Origin: an uncultured Trueperaceae bacterium
GTDB taxonomy: Bacteria; Deinococcota; Deinococci; Deinococcales; Trueperaceae
Direction of reading: 5' to 3'
Assembly: GCA_963799485.1 (NCBI GenBank)
Contig: CAWCXJ010000004.1
Coordinates: forward strand, 96,001 to 160,000
Length of the DNA stretch: 64,000 bases
Below, piece by piece: positions 10,601 to 18,952 of this stretch (position 1 is its first letter; each line of letters begins with the position of its first letter). The notes beneath the pieces were generated by a model. The model worked only from the letters and a program-made list of their open reading frames with translations, made no database searches and was not told the DNA's origin. The translations under genes and the position numbers were made by a program.

Positions 10601-10939
10601 GGCCTCTAGCGCGCCCAGGTCGGCGGCGGCGGCGAGTTGGCGGCGCAGCTCCTGCACGGGTTGAGACTTGTCCGGGTCGCCCCCATAGCGCAGGGTGTTT
10701 TCGGTCTCCTGTTTGAGCTTGGCCTCGAGCTCGGCGCGGTTGCCCCTGGCGAGTTTGCCCAGCTCGGTCTGCACCTGCGGCAGCAAATCAACGTCTAAAA
10801 AGCTCGTAATCTCGTCGCGCTTGGCGTTCATGATGCGGTAGATCCCGAAATCGAGGTCGGCCTGGTCGAACTGGAACAGCTCTGAAAGAACATCCCTCAG
10901 TTTTTTGAAGCGTGGGGAGGGGCTTAGGGTTTGCGTCAT
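7697..10939 (-). CDS. mod: Type III RM Mod subunit (N6-adenine DNA methyltransferase, beta class), long form
   Basis: YIDPPYNTG, then target recognition domain (TRD), FPKP, DYFAGSGTT; DLDFGIYRIMN N-terminus; ATG 10939 overlaps vapC stop. Confidence 0.92.
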   Translation of the reverse strand: MTQTLSPSPRFKKLRDVLSELFQFDQADLDFGIYRIMNAKRDEITSFLDVDLLPQVQTELGKLARGNRAELEAKLKQETENTLRYGGDPDKSQPVQELRRQLAAAADLGALEADIYNDLAGFFRRYYQNGDFLSLRRYKRDVYAIPYEGEEVKLHWANADQYYVKSSEAFRDYTFTLPAVNPSAVNPAAVNEEGRRVHFKLADADTDANNNKAESGKERRFILAEPPLEEENGELTVRFTYRVSGEKQKKLNENAAKTISEQEGFDEWIKALNEVYVPKYKVPNDAVKRTILEKQLSDYTAKNSFDYFIHKDLRGFLRRELDFFIKNEVLQLDDLEAEGETRALSQLARVRAMRGVAHKIIELLAQLENFQKKLWLKKKFVVASEYCVTLDKFTGDAADLLDEVAVNEAQRREWVQLFAIDELGGYSEPLTRAFLEANPYLVLDTQFYGAAFKDKLLSTFDDLDAQTDGLLVKSENFGALNLLQARYKEQVKCIYIDPPYNTGGDGFAYKDNYQHSSWLSMMQDRLTISALTLADGGVLFISCDDSEEYRLRSMVEPIISKPSFMANLIWKSRQNVDSRAVDNISNDHEFVLAYGVKLRGAEKDLSKYANPDNDVRGSWMSDNMVGLANRSARPNLHYHIFVCRLDDFKSKSGITFVEIAQKSLEVPKNFAVNKALEGEQLIFICVSIELNRVLSSGIVPNPLDGREVKVGLYKCPDKGWRYDPNSMAHRISENRILWPESVNGRPRKKTYELELKSDFTGFSSVVGYTADGTKNLKELFGPQIDLSFPKPVTLIKTLVNQAVTNTDTIFDYFAGSGTTAHAVINLNREDGGARKYILVEMGDYFESVLKPRIQKVVYSKDWKDGKPVSREGSSQLIKVLRLESYEDALNNLEVKKPSTGQGALTFSGDDMKGFREDYLLHYMLDVETRGSASLLNIDGFQNPFAYELKIATSSAGETRPTKVDLIETFNYLLGLQVKTTETLQGFRVVTGQTLAGEKVLVIWRNLDEKDNGALEGFFAKQKYNPRDMEFDLIYVNGDNNLQNLRREDETWKVRLIEEEFQRLMFDVRSDGASAPNLRDV

Positions 10940-11343
10940 GAGGGTCTCCAAACATTTGCGTTCAGGATGTCAAAGTGATGGTCGAACGTCCAAATCGCCA
11001 CCTCAAACTCCGCCGAGAGTACCGCTAGAAGCGTGTCGTAGGGGGACAAGTCTTGGTCGGGATACTGCTCAGCCAGAGTTAGCGCAGCGTCATAGTGGAC
11101 GCTGCGAGGATTGATACGGTCTGCGCCGTGTGCGAGCGAGCTGATAAAGCGAGTAGCAAAATCCGCGTGCGTGCGTCTTGAAAGAAGTTTATGCGTCTCG
11201 AGCAGAATGGGCTGCGGTATCAGCAGCGTATATCCCAGAGCGTGAAGCTGCGACAGCTCGGTCTCGGCGCGTCCGTGCAGTTCGTCTCTCGTCAAGGCGT
11301 AAGCGTAGAGCGGCCCGGTGTCCGCGAGGATTTGCCGGGGCAT
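10936..11343 (-). CDS. vapC: PIN-domain toxin (VapC family)
   Basis: ADTGPL, ILLE, DLSPYD, WTFDHHF acidic PIN tetrad. Confidence 0.88.
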   Translation of the reverse strand: MPRQILADTGPLYAYALTRDELHGRAETELSQLHALGYTLLIPQPILLETHKLLSRRTHADFATRFISSLAHGADRINPRSVHYDAALTLAEQYPDQDLSPYDTLLAVLSAEFEVAIWTFDHHFDILNANVWRPS

Positions 11344-11619
11344 CTATTTTGCGCCGCTATTTTTCACCGGGTAAGACAGTTCGGCGTAAGCATCGTGATT
11401 GAGGCTGACATCGGGTTCAACTTCGGCGTCTGAGGTCGGCAGCTCGAGTCGGCCTTTGGCCGGTTGTAGCTCGACTGCCGCCCACTTCTGCGCCTCGAGA
11501 AACTCCTCGAGCGCCGTCTGCACCACCGTGTTGAGGCTCGGCGGCGTTTTCTGCCTCGCCATGTAGCTGCTGAGTTTGGTCTCGAGTTCGTCCGAAAAGG
11601 TAATCGTCGCGCGTTTCAT
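11344..11619 (-). CDS. Ribbon-helix-helix antitoxin (VapB-like)
   Basis: MKRATITFSDELETKL...SLNTVVQTALEEFL RHH pattern; abuts vapC start. Confidence 0.75.
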   Translation of the reverse strand: MKRATITFSDELETKLSSYMARQKTPPSLNTVVQTALEEFLEAQKWAAVELQPAKGRLELPTSDAEVEPDVSLNHDAYAELSYPVKNSGAK

Positions 11620-11682
11620 ACCGTAATTTAGCATGAATACACCAGGTTCACCAGAACGTGCGGTGTTTTTACGGCGCACACC

Positions 11683-14583
11683 CTACACGACGCTCCAGCG
11701 CACCGTAAAAAGCGGCGTGACTTCGGTGCGCTGTACCAAACGGGCCTCGAGGTCGTCGATCAGCGCGTCGCGTTTGTCTTTGATCTCGTCTTCCACGTCA
11801 AAGATGCGCTGGCGCTGGCGGCGCTGGAGTTTCTCGAGTTCCCGCACCCTGAGCTGTAAGGCGTGCTGTTCGTCGGTGGTGGTCGCCAGGCGGGCCTGCC
11901 GCCCGAGCGCCCTCAGCTGCGCTTTGGTATCGGCGAGTTCTTTTTCTGCGCCGAGCACCATATCGTCGGCCCAGCGTTCCAAACGTTCGCGCTCTTCGTG
12001 GAAAAAGCGGTTGCTGTGCTCGAGGGCGCGGCTTAGCGCCGCCTGAACGTGCCGTTCGCGGTCGCCGCCCAGTTTGCTCAGGACACCGTTTTGGGGGGGC
12101 GCGGTCGGTGTCACCTTGGCAGCGCAGCGAAAGAGCCGTTCGCACAGTTCACTGTCCAAAGGCGTGCCGTCGTCGTGAAAGCCGTTAAAGAGCAGGTGTT
12201 CCTCACGTCCTAAAGCCTCAATCCCGAGATGGGTCAGCGTCAGCCAACCCGAGTTGCCGTGCAGCGCTTCAACCGCAGCGAGGCGGGTGGGGTGGTGAGT
12301 GACGTCGAAATGCAGGTGAGCGGTGGGTGTGGCTACCGCTTTGGCCGCGTCCAGCACGTACTCGCCCAGCGGGTGCGAGAGGCGGTAGATAAACTCGCCG
12401 GACGTGTTCGCGGCTCCCTTACGGATGAGCGTGTAGCGGCCCTGCTTTAGCGCCGGGACGGGCGGAGCAGTCAGCTCGAAACTGAGCGTGGCGTCGTCAA
12501 ACCGGGCACGTCCGTCCAGCATCACCCGGCTGGTCTGCCAAAAAAGCCGCCCAACGCGGTCGAGCTGAGCTTTCGCGGCGTCGAGCTGAACCTTGAGGCG
12601 AGCGTGAACGTCCTCGTCGAAGTGTTCCAAGAGAGCCTGACGGGTCGAGAGCATCCGGGCCTCGATGCTCGTCTCCATCTCCTTTTGCAGCGCGTTAAAT
12701 GCCGTTTCAATTTCGTCCGCTGTGCGGCACTCCTGGTAAATACTCAGGATGCGTTTTTCAAAGTCCACGCCGGACTCCAGGGTGCCTAAAACCTCATCCG
12801 ACGCGCCGAAAACTCCGTTAAAGAGGTTGAACTTCTCGGTCAACAGCTCCAAGACGCGCCTGTCCGCCTCGTTGCGCTGATTGAGAAAGTTGATAACGAC
12901 CACGTCATGCTGCTGACCGTAGCGGTGGCAACGCCCGATGCGCTGCTCGACACGCTGCGGGTTCCAGGGCAGGTCGTAGTTGATGACCAGCGAGCAGAAC
13001 TGCATGTTGACGCCCTCGGCGGCGGCTTCGGTGGCGATTAGAATCTCGGCGTGGTCGCGGAAATGCTCGATAATCGCCGTGCGGCTGTCTACGTCTCGTG
13101 AACCGGCGGCGCGGCCTGTACCGGCTTCGGCGAGCCAGCGTTCGTAAATCGCCTTTGTTTCCGGCCCACTGTTGCTGCCGTTAAAGAGCGCGACTTTGCC
13201 CGCGTGACCGTTCGCCTCTAAAAAATCTTTGAGGTAGGTCTGCGTCCGCCGCGATTCGGTGAAAATGAGGGCTTTCGGGTTGGCTCCCACCTTACCGAGT
13301 TCATCAAAACCCAGCGTCAATGCGGTGAGGAGCGCCCGCGACTTGCTATCGACGCCGATGCTGTGCGCCCAGGTCAGGTAGTGCCTGACCTCGGCAATTT
13401 CCAGCTCGAGCTTTTTAAGCTCCGGCCTGACCTCACGCTCCGGGTTGTCGTTCTCTGCGTCGTTCTCTGGTTCGTCTTCATCTAGGGCTGCGTCAAGGTA
13501 CTCGTCCTCGAGTTCTTCCTCGGTAATGAGCACTTCGGCAAGACTGCTCGCCGCTGCCTCCGGCGCTACAGTTTCGGCGACGGTCGCCTCGCGCAGCGCG
13601 AGGAGGCGCTGAAGGATGGTCTCGAGCGTCCCTGCGACGGCGCGTGACGACGACGCCAGCAGCTTACGCAAGATCAGGGTGGTGAGCTGCCGCTGCCGCG
13701 CAGGTAGCGCGAAGGTGTCTTCACGTTGCAAAAAGCTCGAGAGCGCTTCGTAAAGCCTGTGCTCTTCATCGCTCGGCGTAAAAGGTCGCGTCAGCGTGCG
13801 CCGTTCGGTATAGCGGATGTACTCGCTCACGTCTTGCCGCAAAGTACGTTTGGAAAACCCTTCGAGCCGACCTCTCAGGTCGCCCAAGTCGCTCCCGGCG
13901 CGCATGTAGCGCTCCCGGAACGAGGCCACATCGCCAAACAGGTGCTCGCCGATAAGTGTTGAAAGCCCGTACAGCTCTAAGAGCGAGTTTTGTAGCGGGG
14001 TTGCCGTGAGCAGCAGCTTTTGCCGGTCTTCCAAAGCCCAAAGGAGCCGCTGACCCATCTTGTTGCTGGGCCGGTAGGCGTTACGCAATTTGTGCGCCTC
14101 GTCGATCACCACGAGGTTCCAGGGCACCGCCCGCACCTCACCTTGCAGGCGGCTGGCAAAGTTGAGCGAGGTGATGATGACCCTGTCTTGCAAAAATGGC
14201 TCGGCGTTACCCTCGCGTAGCGCCCTTTTATAGGCAGCTGCGTCTAGTACGAGCGTTGGGAGATTGAACTTTTCCTCGAGTTCTAAGCTCCACTGCTTGC
14301 GGATCGAAGCCGGACAGACGACCAGGAGCCGCCGCCGCCGCTCGGCCCAGTATTGGCAGAGCACCAAGCTGGCCTCAATCGTTTTTCCCAAGCCAACCTC
14401 GTCGGCAAGCAAGACACCTTTGCTGAGCGGGTTGCCGAGGGCAAAGAGCGCAGCGTCGATCTGGTGGGGGTTTAAGTCTACCGCCGCGTCAAAGAGCGAC
14501 TGCGACAACCGTTCAACGCCCGCGGCGGGACGCTGCCGCGTAAGCTCATAGGCGAAATAACGTGCGTGATAGGGCGTACTCAC
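11683..14583 (-). CDS. SNF2-family helicase/ATPase with C-terminal coiled coil
   Basis: LADEVGLGKT, DEAH, LTATPLQN, INYDLPWNP, EQRIGRCHRYGQ. Confidence 0.92.
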   Translation of the reverse strand: MSTPYHARYFAYELTRQRPAAGVERLSQSLFDAAVDLNPHQIDAALFALGNPLSKGVLLADEVGLGKTIEASLVLCQYWAERRRRLLVVCPASIRKQWSLELEEKFNLPTLVLDAAAYKRALREGNAEPFLQDRVIITSLNFASRLQGEVRAVPWNLVVIDEAHKLRNAYRPSNKMGQRLLWALEDRQKLLLTATPLQNSLLELYGLSTLIGEHLFGDVASFRERYMRAGSDLGDLRGRLEGFSKRTLRQDVSEYIRYTERRTLTRPFTPSDEEHRLYEALSSFLQREDTFALPARQRQLTTLILRKLLASSSRAVAGTLETILQRLLALREATVAETVAPEAAASSLAEVLITEEELEDEYLDAALDEDEPENDAENDNPEREVRPELKKLELEIAEVRHYLTWAHSIGVDSKSRALLTALTLGFDELGKVGANPKALIFTESRRTQTYLKDFLEANGHAGKVALFNGSNSGPETKAIYERWLAEAGTGRAAGSRDVDSRTAIIEHFRDHAEILIATEAAAEGVNMQFCSLVINYDLPWNPQRVEQRIGRCHRYGQQHDVVVINFLNQRNEADRRVLELLTEKFNLFNGVFGASDEVLGTLESGVDFEKRILSIYQECRTADEIETAFNALQKEMETSIEARMLSTRQALLEHFDEDVHARLKVQLDAAKAQLDRVGRLFWQTSRVMLDGRARFDDATLSFELTAPPVPALKQGRYTLIRKGAANTSGEFIYRLSHPLGEYVLDAAKAVATPTAHLHFDVTHHPTRLAAVEALHGNSGWLTLTHLGIEALGREEHLLFNGFHDDGTPLDSELCERLFRCAAKVTPTAPPQNGVLSKLGGDRERHVQAALSRALEHSNRFFHEERERLERWADDMVLGAEKELADTKAQLRALGRQARLATTTDEQHALQLRVRELEKLQRRQRQRIFDVEDEIKDKRDALIDDLEARLVQRTEVTPLFTVRWSVV

Positions 14584-14921
14584 CCCTTCTTCTCGCTACC
14601 GTTACCGCCACAAACCGTCCCGGCGTCGCAGTATGTCGTTCTGTGCTTCACGACCCCATGATGCCACGCGCACACCTAAAGCTTGCAAAAAAGCTCACCA
14701 GGTCGCAGAGGGCAGTGCTTATCATAGAGGCAAAGATACGGTGAGCGCGCCAAGTTTGAAGCCGGTTTAGGAATTTTGAAGTCAAATGCCTACAGGTAGA
14801 GAGCCCCGTAGCGCCCTAGCCGCACGCGTTCAGACCCACATCACGCTTTTGCCAGAACTTTAGCGTCGGCTAGGGCGGTTGGTCTGCGTCAGGTTGCTTT
14901 GACTGAGGTAGGCTTCGGCAC

Positions 14922-15162
14922 ATGAACCTCAGAGCTTTACGCCTCCACCCCGACAACGACCTCAGAGCTTCGCTCCTTGCTGACTGCACCGAGCAACAAA
15001 GCTGCCTTTGTGCTGACCTGTGTCGGCAGTCTCAAACAGGCCGTCATCCGTTTTGCCGACGCCCCTGACGGGGCTATGCTCGAGCAAAAGCTCGAAATCC
15101 TCACGCTCTCCGGCACCCTGTCGCCCATCCTCGCGGAACACCGCGCCAAGCCGCGCGGGTAA
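14922..15162 (+). pseudogene. PPC/DUF296 domain DNA-binding protein remnant
   Basis: MNLRALRLHPDNDLRASL / AAFVLTCVGSLKQAVIRFA...EILTLSGTLSP; frameshift near 15000 and truncated. Confidence 0.7.
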
Positions 15163-15164
15163 TC

Positions 15165-15500
15165 CGCACGGCCCCATCTTTCCTAACCGGCGACCCGCTG
15201 CATATTCAGCTCGCGGATCGTTTACAAGCGTATTTTGAGACGGGCCGGACTCACTGAGAGCTTTAGGCCCTACGGTTTGCGCCATACCTGCGCGACGCTC
15301 TTGTTACTTGCTGTACATCCCCAAGTAGTCGGCGACCGCCTGGGCCACTCGAGCACCTCCGAAACGGTGGACACTTACAGCCACGTCATCTCAGGGATGC
15401 AGCGCGAGGCGTCAGATAAGCTAGACGCGGTGCTCTTCAAACCGCCCGGAACCGTCAAGGCACGAGCACTTAACCAGGCTTTTAGGAGTTTGGCACACTA
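15165..15500 (+). pseudogene. Tyrosine integrase C-terminal remnant
   Basis: YGLRHTCATLLL...VVGDRLGHSSTSETVDTYSHV (HxxR, LGH and Y boxes); N-terminus missing; points toward the tRNA 3' end. Confidence 0.85.
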
Positions 15501-15581
15501 CAGGCACACCAAACAGGAGAAACGCCCTTTCTGTAGCTTGGGCGCTTCTCCGTAAATACCGTGTAGCACGGCTTTTCTCTG

Positions 15582-15655
15582 TGGCTGGGGCGTAGGGATT
15601 CGAACCCAAATTAACGGAACCAAAATCCGCGGTCCTGCCATTAGACGACGCCCCA
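15582..15655 (-). tRNA. tRNA-Gln(TTG)
   Basis: TGGGGCG acceptor, anticodon arm GCGGA-TTTTGGT-TCCGT, GTTCGAATCC, CCA end. Confidence 0.96.
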
Positions 15656-15666
15656 ATGTGTTCGGG

Positions 15667-15740
15667 TGGCTGGGGTGTAGGGACTCGAACCCCAATTGAC
15701 GGAACCAGAATCCGCAGTCCTGCCGTTAGACGACACCCCA
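15667..15740 (-). tRNA. tRNA-Gln(CTG)
   Basis: TGGGGTG acceptor, GCGGA-TTCTGGT-TCCGT, GTTCGAGTCC, CCA end. Confidence 0.96.
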
Positions 15741-15781
15741 CCAAACGCAAAGGTAATCTTATAAAGCTTATGGGGGGGCTG

Positions 15782-16477
15782 TCAACTCTGCTCGACCCCG
15801 AGCACGACCTTGACGTTGCCTTTACGCGTTTCACCCTGCACTTCCAGGACGCTAAAGCGCCCCAAACCTTCGGCGTATATTTCGTCGCCACGTGCGGCGC
15901 TGCTCGCTTTACCGGCGGGGCGACCGTTAAGCGAGACGCGGCCCCCGGCAATTCCCTTGGCGAAGTAAGCCCTCGAGACCCGGAACGCCTTGGCTCCCAA
16001 CACATCAACCCGCAACGACGGCACGATGACCTGCTGCTGCCGCTCCCGCCCGCGCGTAAGCCGTGACAGCTCGACCTCTTGCACCGTAACGGGTCGTCCG
16101 CCGACGTGGGTCATCTTTAGCGCAGCGTCTTTCGCAGCGGGCAACACGACCACGCTGAGGCCGTCTTGATGCGCTAACACATCGCCGATATCGTCTTTTG
16201 CCACCCCTGCCGACCGGAGCGCTGCGAGCAGGTCGCCTTCGCTCGGCGCGCCGCCTACATAAAGTGCGGCGAGGAGTGTATTCGCCCCCGGGATGTGGTC
16301 GGGATAGGCCGTCAACACGCGCCGTCTGGCCCCGGTGACGCCACCTTCGGCCTGACTGCCGACCCCCGCGTCACGCAAACGGGCAGCGAGTTGGGCCGCG
16401 TCGTCGGGGTCTAGAAAAGACGTGTGGGCGACGCGGCCTCCGCGCACGGCAGCCTCGAGACGTGCAAAGTCGTCCAT
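15782..16477 (-). CDS. YlmH/Sll1252-family S4 RNA-binding protein
   Basis: TSFLDP, IGDV, VPSLRVDVL...FRVSR, C-terminal GETRKG. Confidence 0.85.
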   Translation of the reverse strand: MDDFARLEAAVRGGRVAHTSFLDPDDAAQLAARLRDAGVGSQAEGGVTGARRRVLTAYPDHIPGANTLLAALYVGGAPSEGDLLAALRSAGVAKDDIGDVLAHQDGLSVVVLPAAKDAALKMTHVGGRPVTVQEVELSRLTRGRERQQQVIVPSLRVDVLGAKAFRVSRAYFAKGIAGGRVSLNGRPAGKASSAARGDEIYAEGLGRFSVLEVQGETRKGNVKVVLGVEQS

Positions 16478-16498
16478 CAGTGCTCCTTCATCTTGTTT

Positions 16499-17128
16499 TC
16501 ATCGTATGTCTTTGACCTCGAGCCCCGCCGCCCGCAGCCGCTCGGGAAACGCCGCTGCACCTTCACCGACGACCCGCAAGACCAGTTCGCGGTGGCTGCC
16601 CGCTTGTACCCCGACCGTCACAACCGCAATGATGTTCGACGGTGCCGCTGCGCTCGCCGCCCTTGCCAGCACCCCCGGTTCGTCGGGCAAGCTGACTGTA
16701 ACGCGCGTACCACCCTCCCGCAGCCCCAACATCGCCACAAACGCGCGCAACATGTCGGTGATGGTCAGCATCCCCTCGAGCTTGCCCGCCGCGACGACCG
16801 GCAGCCCTGAAACCTTGTGCGCTTCCATCAGCAAAGACGCCTGCTCTACCGGGTCTTCGGGGGCCACGGTCACGACCGGCGTCGTCATCACCTCCCGGAC
16901 AACGAGCTTGCTCAGCTGGTAGTTGAGTTCGTACACCGAAAGCGTATTTTCCGAAGACGGGGTGGCGTCTTTGAGGTCGCGGTCGGTGACGATACCGACC
17001 AAACGGCCCCCATCGACGACCGGCAGGCGGCGGTAGCCTCCCTTGCGTAAGAGCTGCATCGCCTCCATCACCGGGGTTTTGCTCGAGACGCTTTGCGGCG
17101 TCGGGGTCATCCACTGGGCTACGAACAT
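16499..17128 (-). CDS. CBS + ACT domain protein (AcuB-like)
   Basis: RRLPVVD...GIVTDRDL, second CBS, DEPGVLA ACT start. Confidence 0.88.
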   Translation of the reverse strand: MFVAQWMTPTPQSVSSKTPVMEAMQLLRKGGYRRLPVVDGGRLVGIVTDRDLKDATPSSENTLSVYELNYQLSKLVVREVMTTPVVTVAPEDPVEQASLLMEAHKVSGLPVVAAGKLEGMLTITDMLRAFVAMLGLREGGTRVTVSLPDEPGVLARAASAAAPSNIIAVVTVGVQAGSHRELVLRVVGEGAAAFPERLRAAGLEVKDIR

Positions 17129-17134
17129 AGCTGC

Positions 17135-17320
17135 ACCTGCCGTAACTTTACCTGCCGTAACTGTACCTGTGAGGTTGGGAGTCGAAAAGAGGTCATAAAC
17201 GCTTAACTCTACCGAAAAAAGTGTAGTCGGCGTGCGTTTTGATAGGGCTCGAGCCCACGCAGTCCAAACGGTTGCGAGAGAACGGTTGCAAGAGAACGGT
17301 GGCGCGAGAGAACGGTTGCA
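17135..17320. repeat. Two short tandem repeat tracts (ACCTGCCGTAACTKT x2.4; AACGGTTGCRAGAG x~3.7)
   Basis: Visible at 17135-17170 and 17267-17320. Confidence 0.8.
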
Positions 17321-17357
17321 GCGCGGGCGAAAGCTTAGGGTAAAGACGGGGTAACAG

Positions 17358-17669
17358 ATGACAACACAGACAACAACGAAAGCCGATTATCGCCGCGCCG
17401 TTGGGAGCAGCGTTTTGGTTGGTTTGGGTATCGGCGGGTTTTTCGACGGCACCACATTTCATCAGGTTTTGCAGTAGCATCGCATGGTGAGCGCGGTGTA
17501 TCCGGTCAAGACGGTTGCGGGGCTCGAGTTAAACACCTTGGGCGACGGCTTTTCCCACGTAGATGCGTACCTTTTTACGCTGACCGGACTTTTTCTTTTG
17601 GGGTGCGCTGCTTTTGGGCGGATGGCGTTTAGTGCATACGGGAAACCGACAACCGGCGTGTCCCGCTAG
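17358..17669 (+). pseudogene. DUF2243 membrane protein with internal stop
   Basis: GLGIGGFFDG..FHQVLQ*HRMVS...GLELNTLGDGFSH; TAG at 17475 where Trp is expected. Confidence 0.75.
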
Positions 17670-17719
17670 CTTCAGCTTGGTTCCTTGCGCCCGCTTGACC
17701 TGAAGGGCATGATGACACG

Positions 17720-18838
17720 ATGACTAAACGTATCAGCATTTTGGGTTCAACCGGGTCGATTGGGACGCAGGCGCTAGACGTTGCCCGGTGGCGCGGGTTT
17801 GAGGTCGTGGGGCTCGCTGCCGGAAAGAACGTTTCGGTGCTGCTGGAGCAAGCGCACGCTTTCAAGCCGCAACTCGTCTCGTGCGACGCCGAGGTCGCCG
17901 AACCGGTGCGCGCCGGTCTCCCGGCTGGAACCAAGCTCGTGACCGACGCGGCAGAAATTGCTGTGCTCGAGGCCGATACCGTCGTCAGCGCCATTCCGGG
18001 CTTTGCCGGACTGGGGCCGACGCTCGCCGCACTCCGGGCCGGTCGGCACGTTGCCCTGGCCAACAAAGAAGCGATGGTCGTCGCCGGGCCGCTCGTGTGG
18101 GAGGTGGCGCGCGCGCACGGCGCAACGCTGACGCCCGTCGATTCGGAACTATCGGCTCTTTTTCAGTGTTTGCAGGGCGAACCACGGGAAGCGGTTGCGG
18201 CTCTCGTCCTCACCGCGTCGGGCGGCCCGTTTCGGCTCGGCCCCGAAAACCTCGCTAACGTGACGCCCGAACAAGCCCTCAAGCACCCCAACTGGGCGAT
18301 GGGGCCGAAAGTCACGATAGACTCGGCGACCTTGTTTAATAAGGGGCTCGAGGTTTTAGAGTCACATTTCTTTTTCGAGTTACCCCTCGAGCAAATTGAG
18401 GTCGTTATCCATCCGCAGTCTTTGGTCCACAGCCTGGTGCGCTTTAAGGACGGCAACCTTAAAGCCCAAGTAGGCCCGCACGATATGCGGCTGCCCATTC
18501 AGGTGGCGCTGACGAGCCCCGAACGCGCCGAGACACCGCTCTCACCCCTTCCCCTGAGCGGCACCTGGGAGTTCTCACCGCCCGACCTGGTGCGTTTCCC
18601 CAGCCTCGCCCTGGCTTTCGAGGCCGGACGGCTCGGCGGCACCGCGCCCGCAATCTTGAACGCTGCCGACGAGGTTGCCGTAAACGCGTTTACGGCAGGG
18701 AAAATCGGTTTTACGGACATCCCTGGAGCGCTCGAGCACGCACTTGTCCACGTCGCAGCTAGTGCGCTCAGCTGGGACGCGGTTCCTGAAGCCGACGCTG
18801 CCGCCCGCCGGAGTGTGAAAGAACGGTTTAAGTTGTAA
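17720..18838 (+). CDS. dxr: 1-deoxy-D-xylulose-5-phosphate reductoisomerase
   Basis: [42 protein letters not shown]. Confidence 0.96.
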   Translation: MTKRISILGSTGSIGTQALDVARWRGFEVVGLAAGKNVSVLLEQAHAFKPQLVSCDAEVAEPVRAGLPAGTKLVTDAAEIAVLEADTVVSAIPGFAGLGPTLAALRAGRHVALANKEAMVVAGPLVWEVARAHGATLTPVDSELSALFQCLQGEPREAVAALVLTASGGPFRLGPENLANVTPEQALKHPNWAMGPKVTIDSATLFNKGLEVLESHFFFELPLEQIEVVIHPQSLVHSLVRFKDGNLKAQVGPHDMRLPIQVALTSPERAETPLSPLPLSGTWEFSPPDLVRFPSLALAFEAGRLGGTAPAILNAADEVAVNAFTAGKIGFTDIPGALEHALVHVAASALSWDAVPEADAAARRSVKERFKL

Positions 18839-18952
18839 AGATAGAAGTCAATGTAGGCTTCACGCTATCCGACAAACTTTTTCACCTCGAGCTGGCATAC
18901 TAAAAGGTATGAAGCTTGACTCACAAAATCGTGCTGCCTGGTGGCAGAGCCT

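Noticed and set aside
7697..10939. Phase-variable mod (phasevarion)
   Set aside because: No simple sequence repeat tract; the 15-bp repeats are in frame
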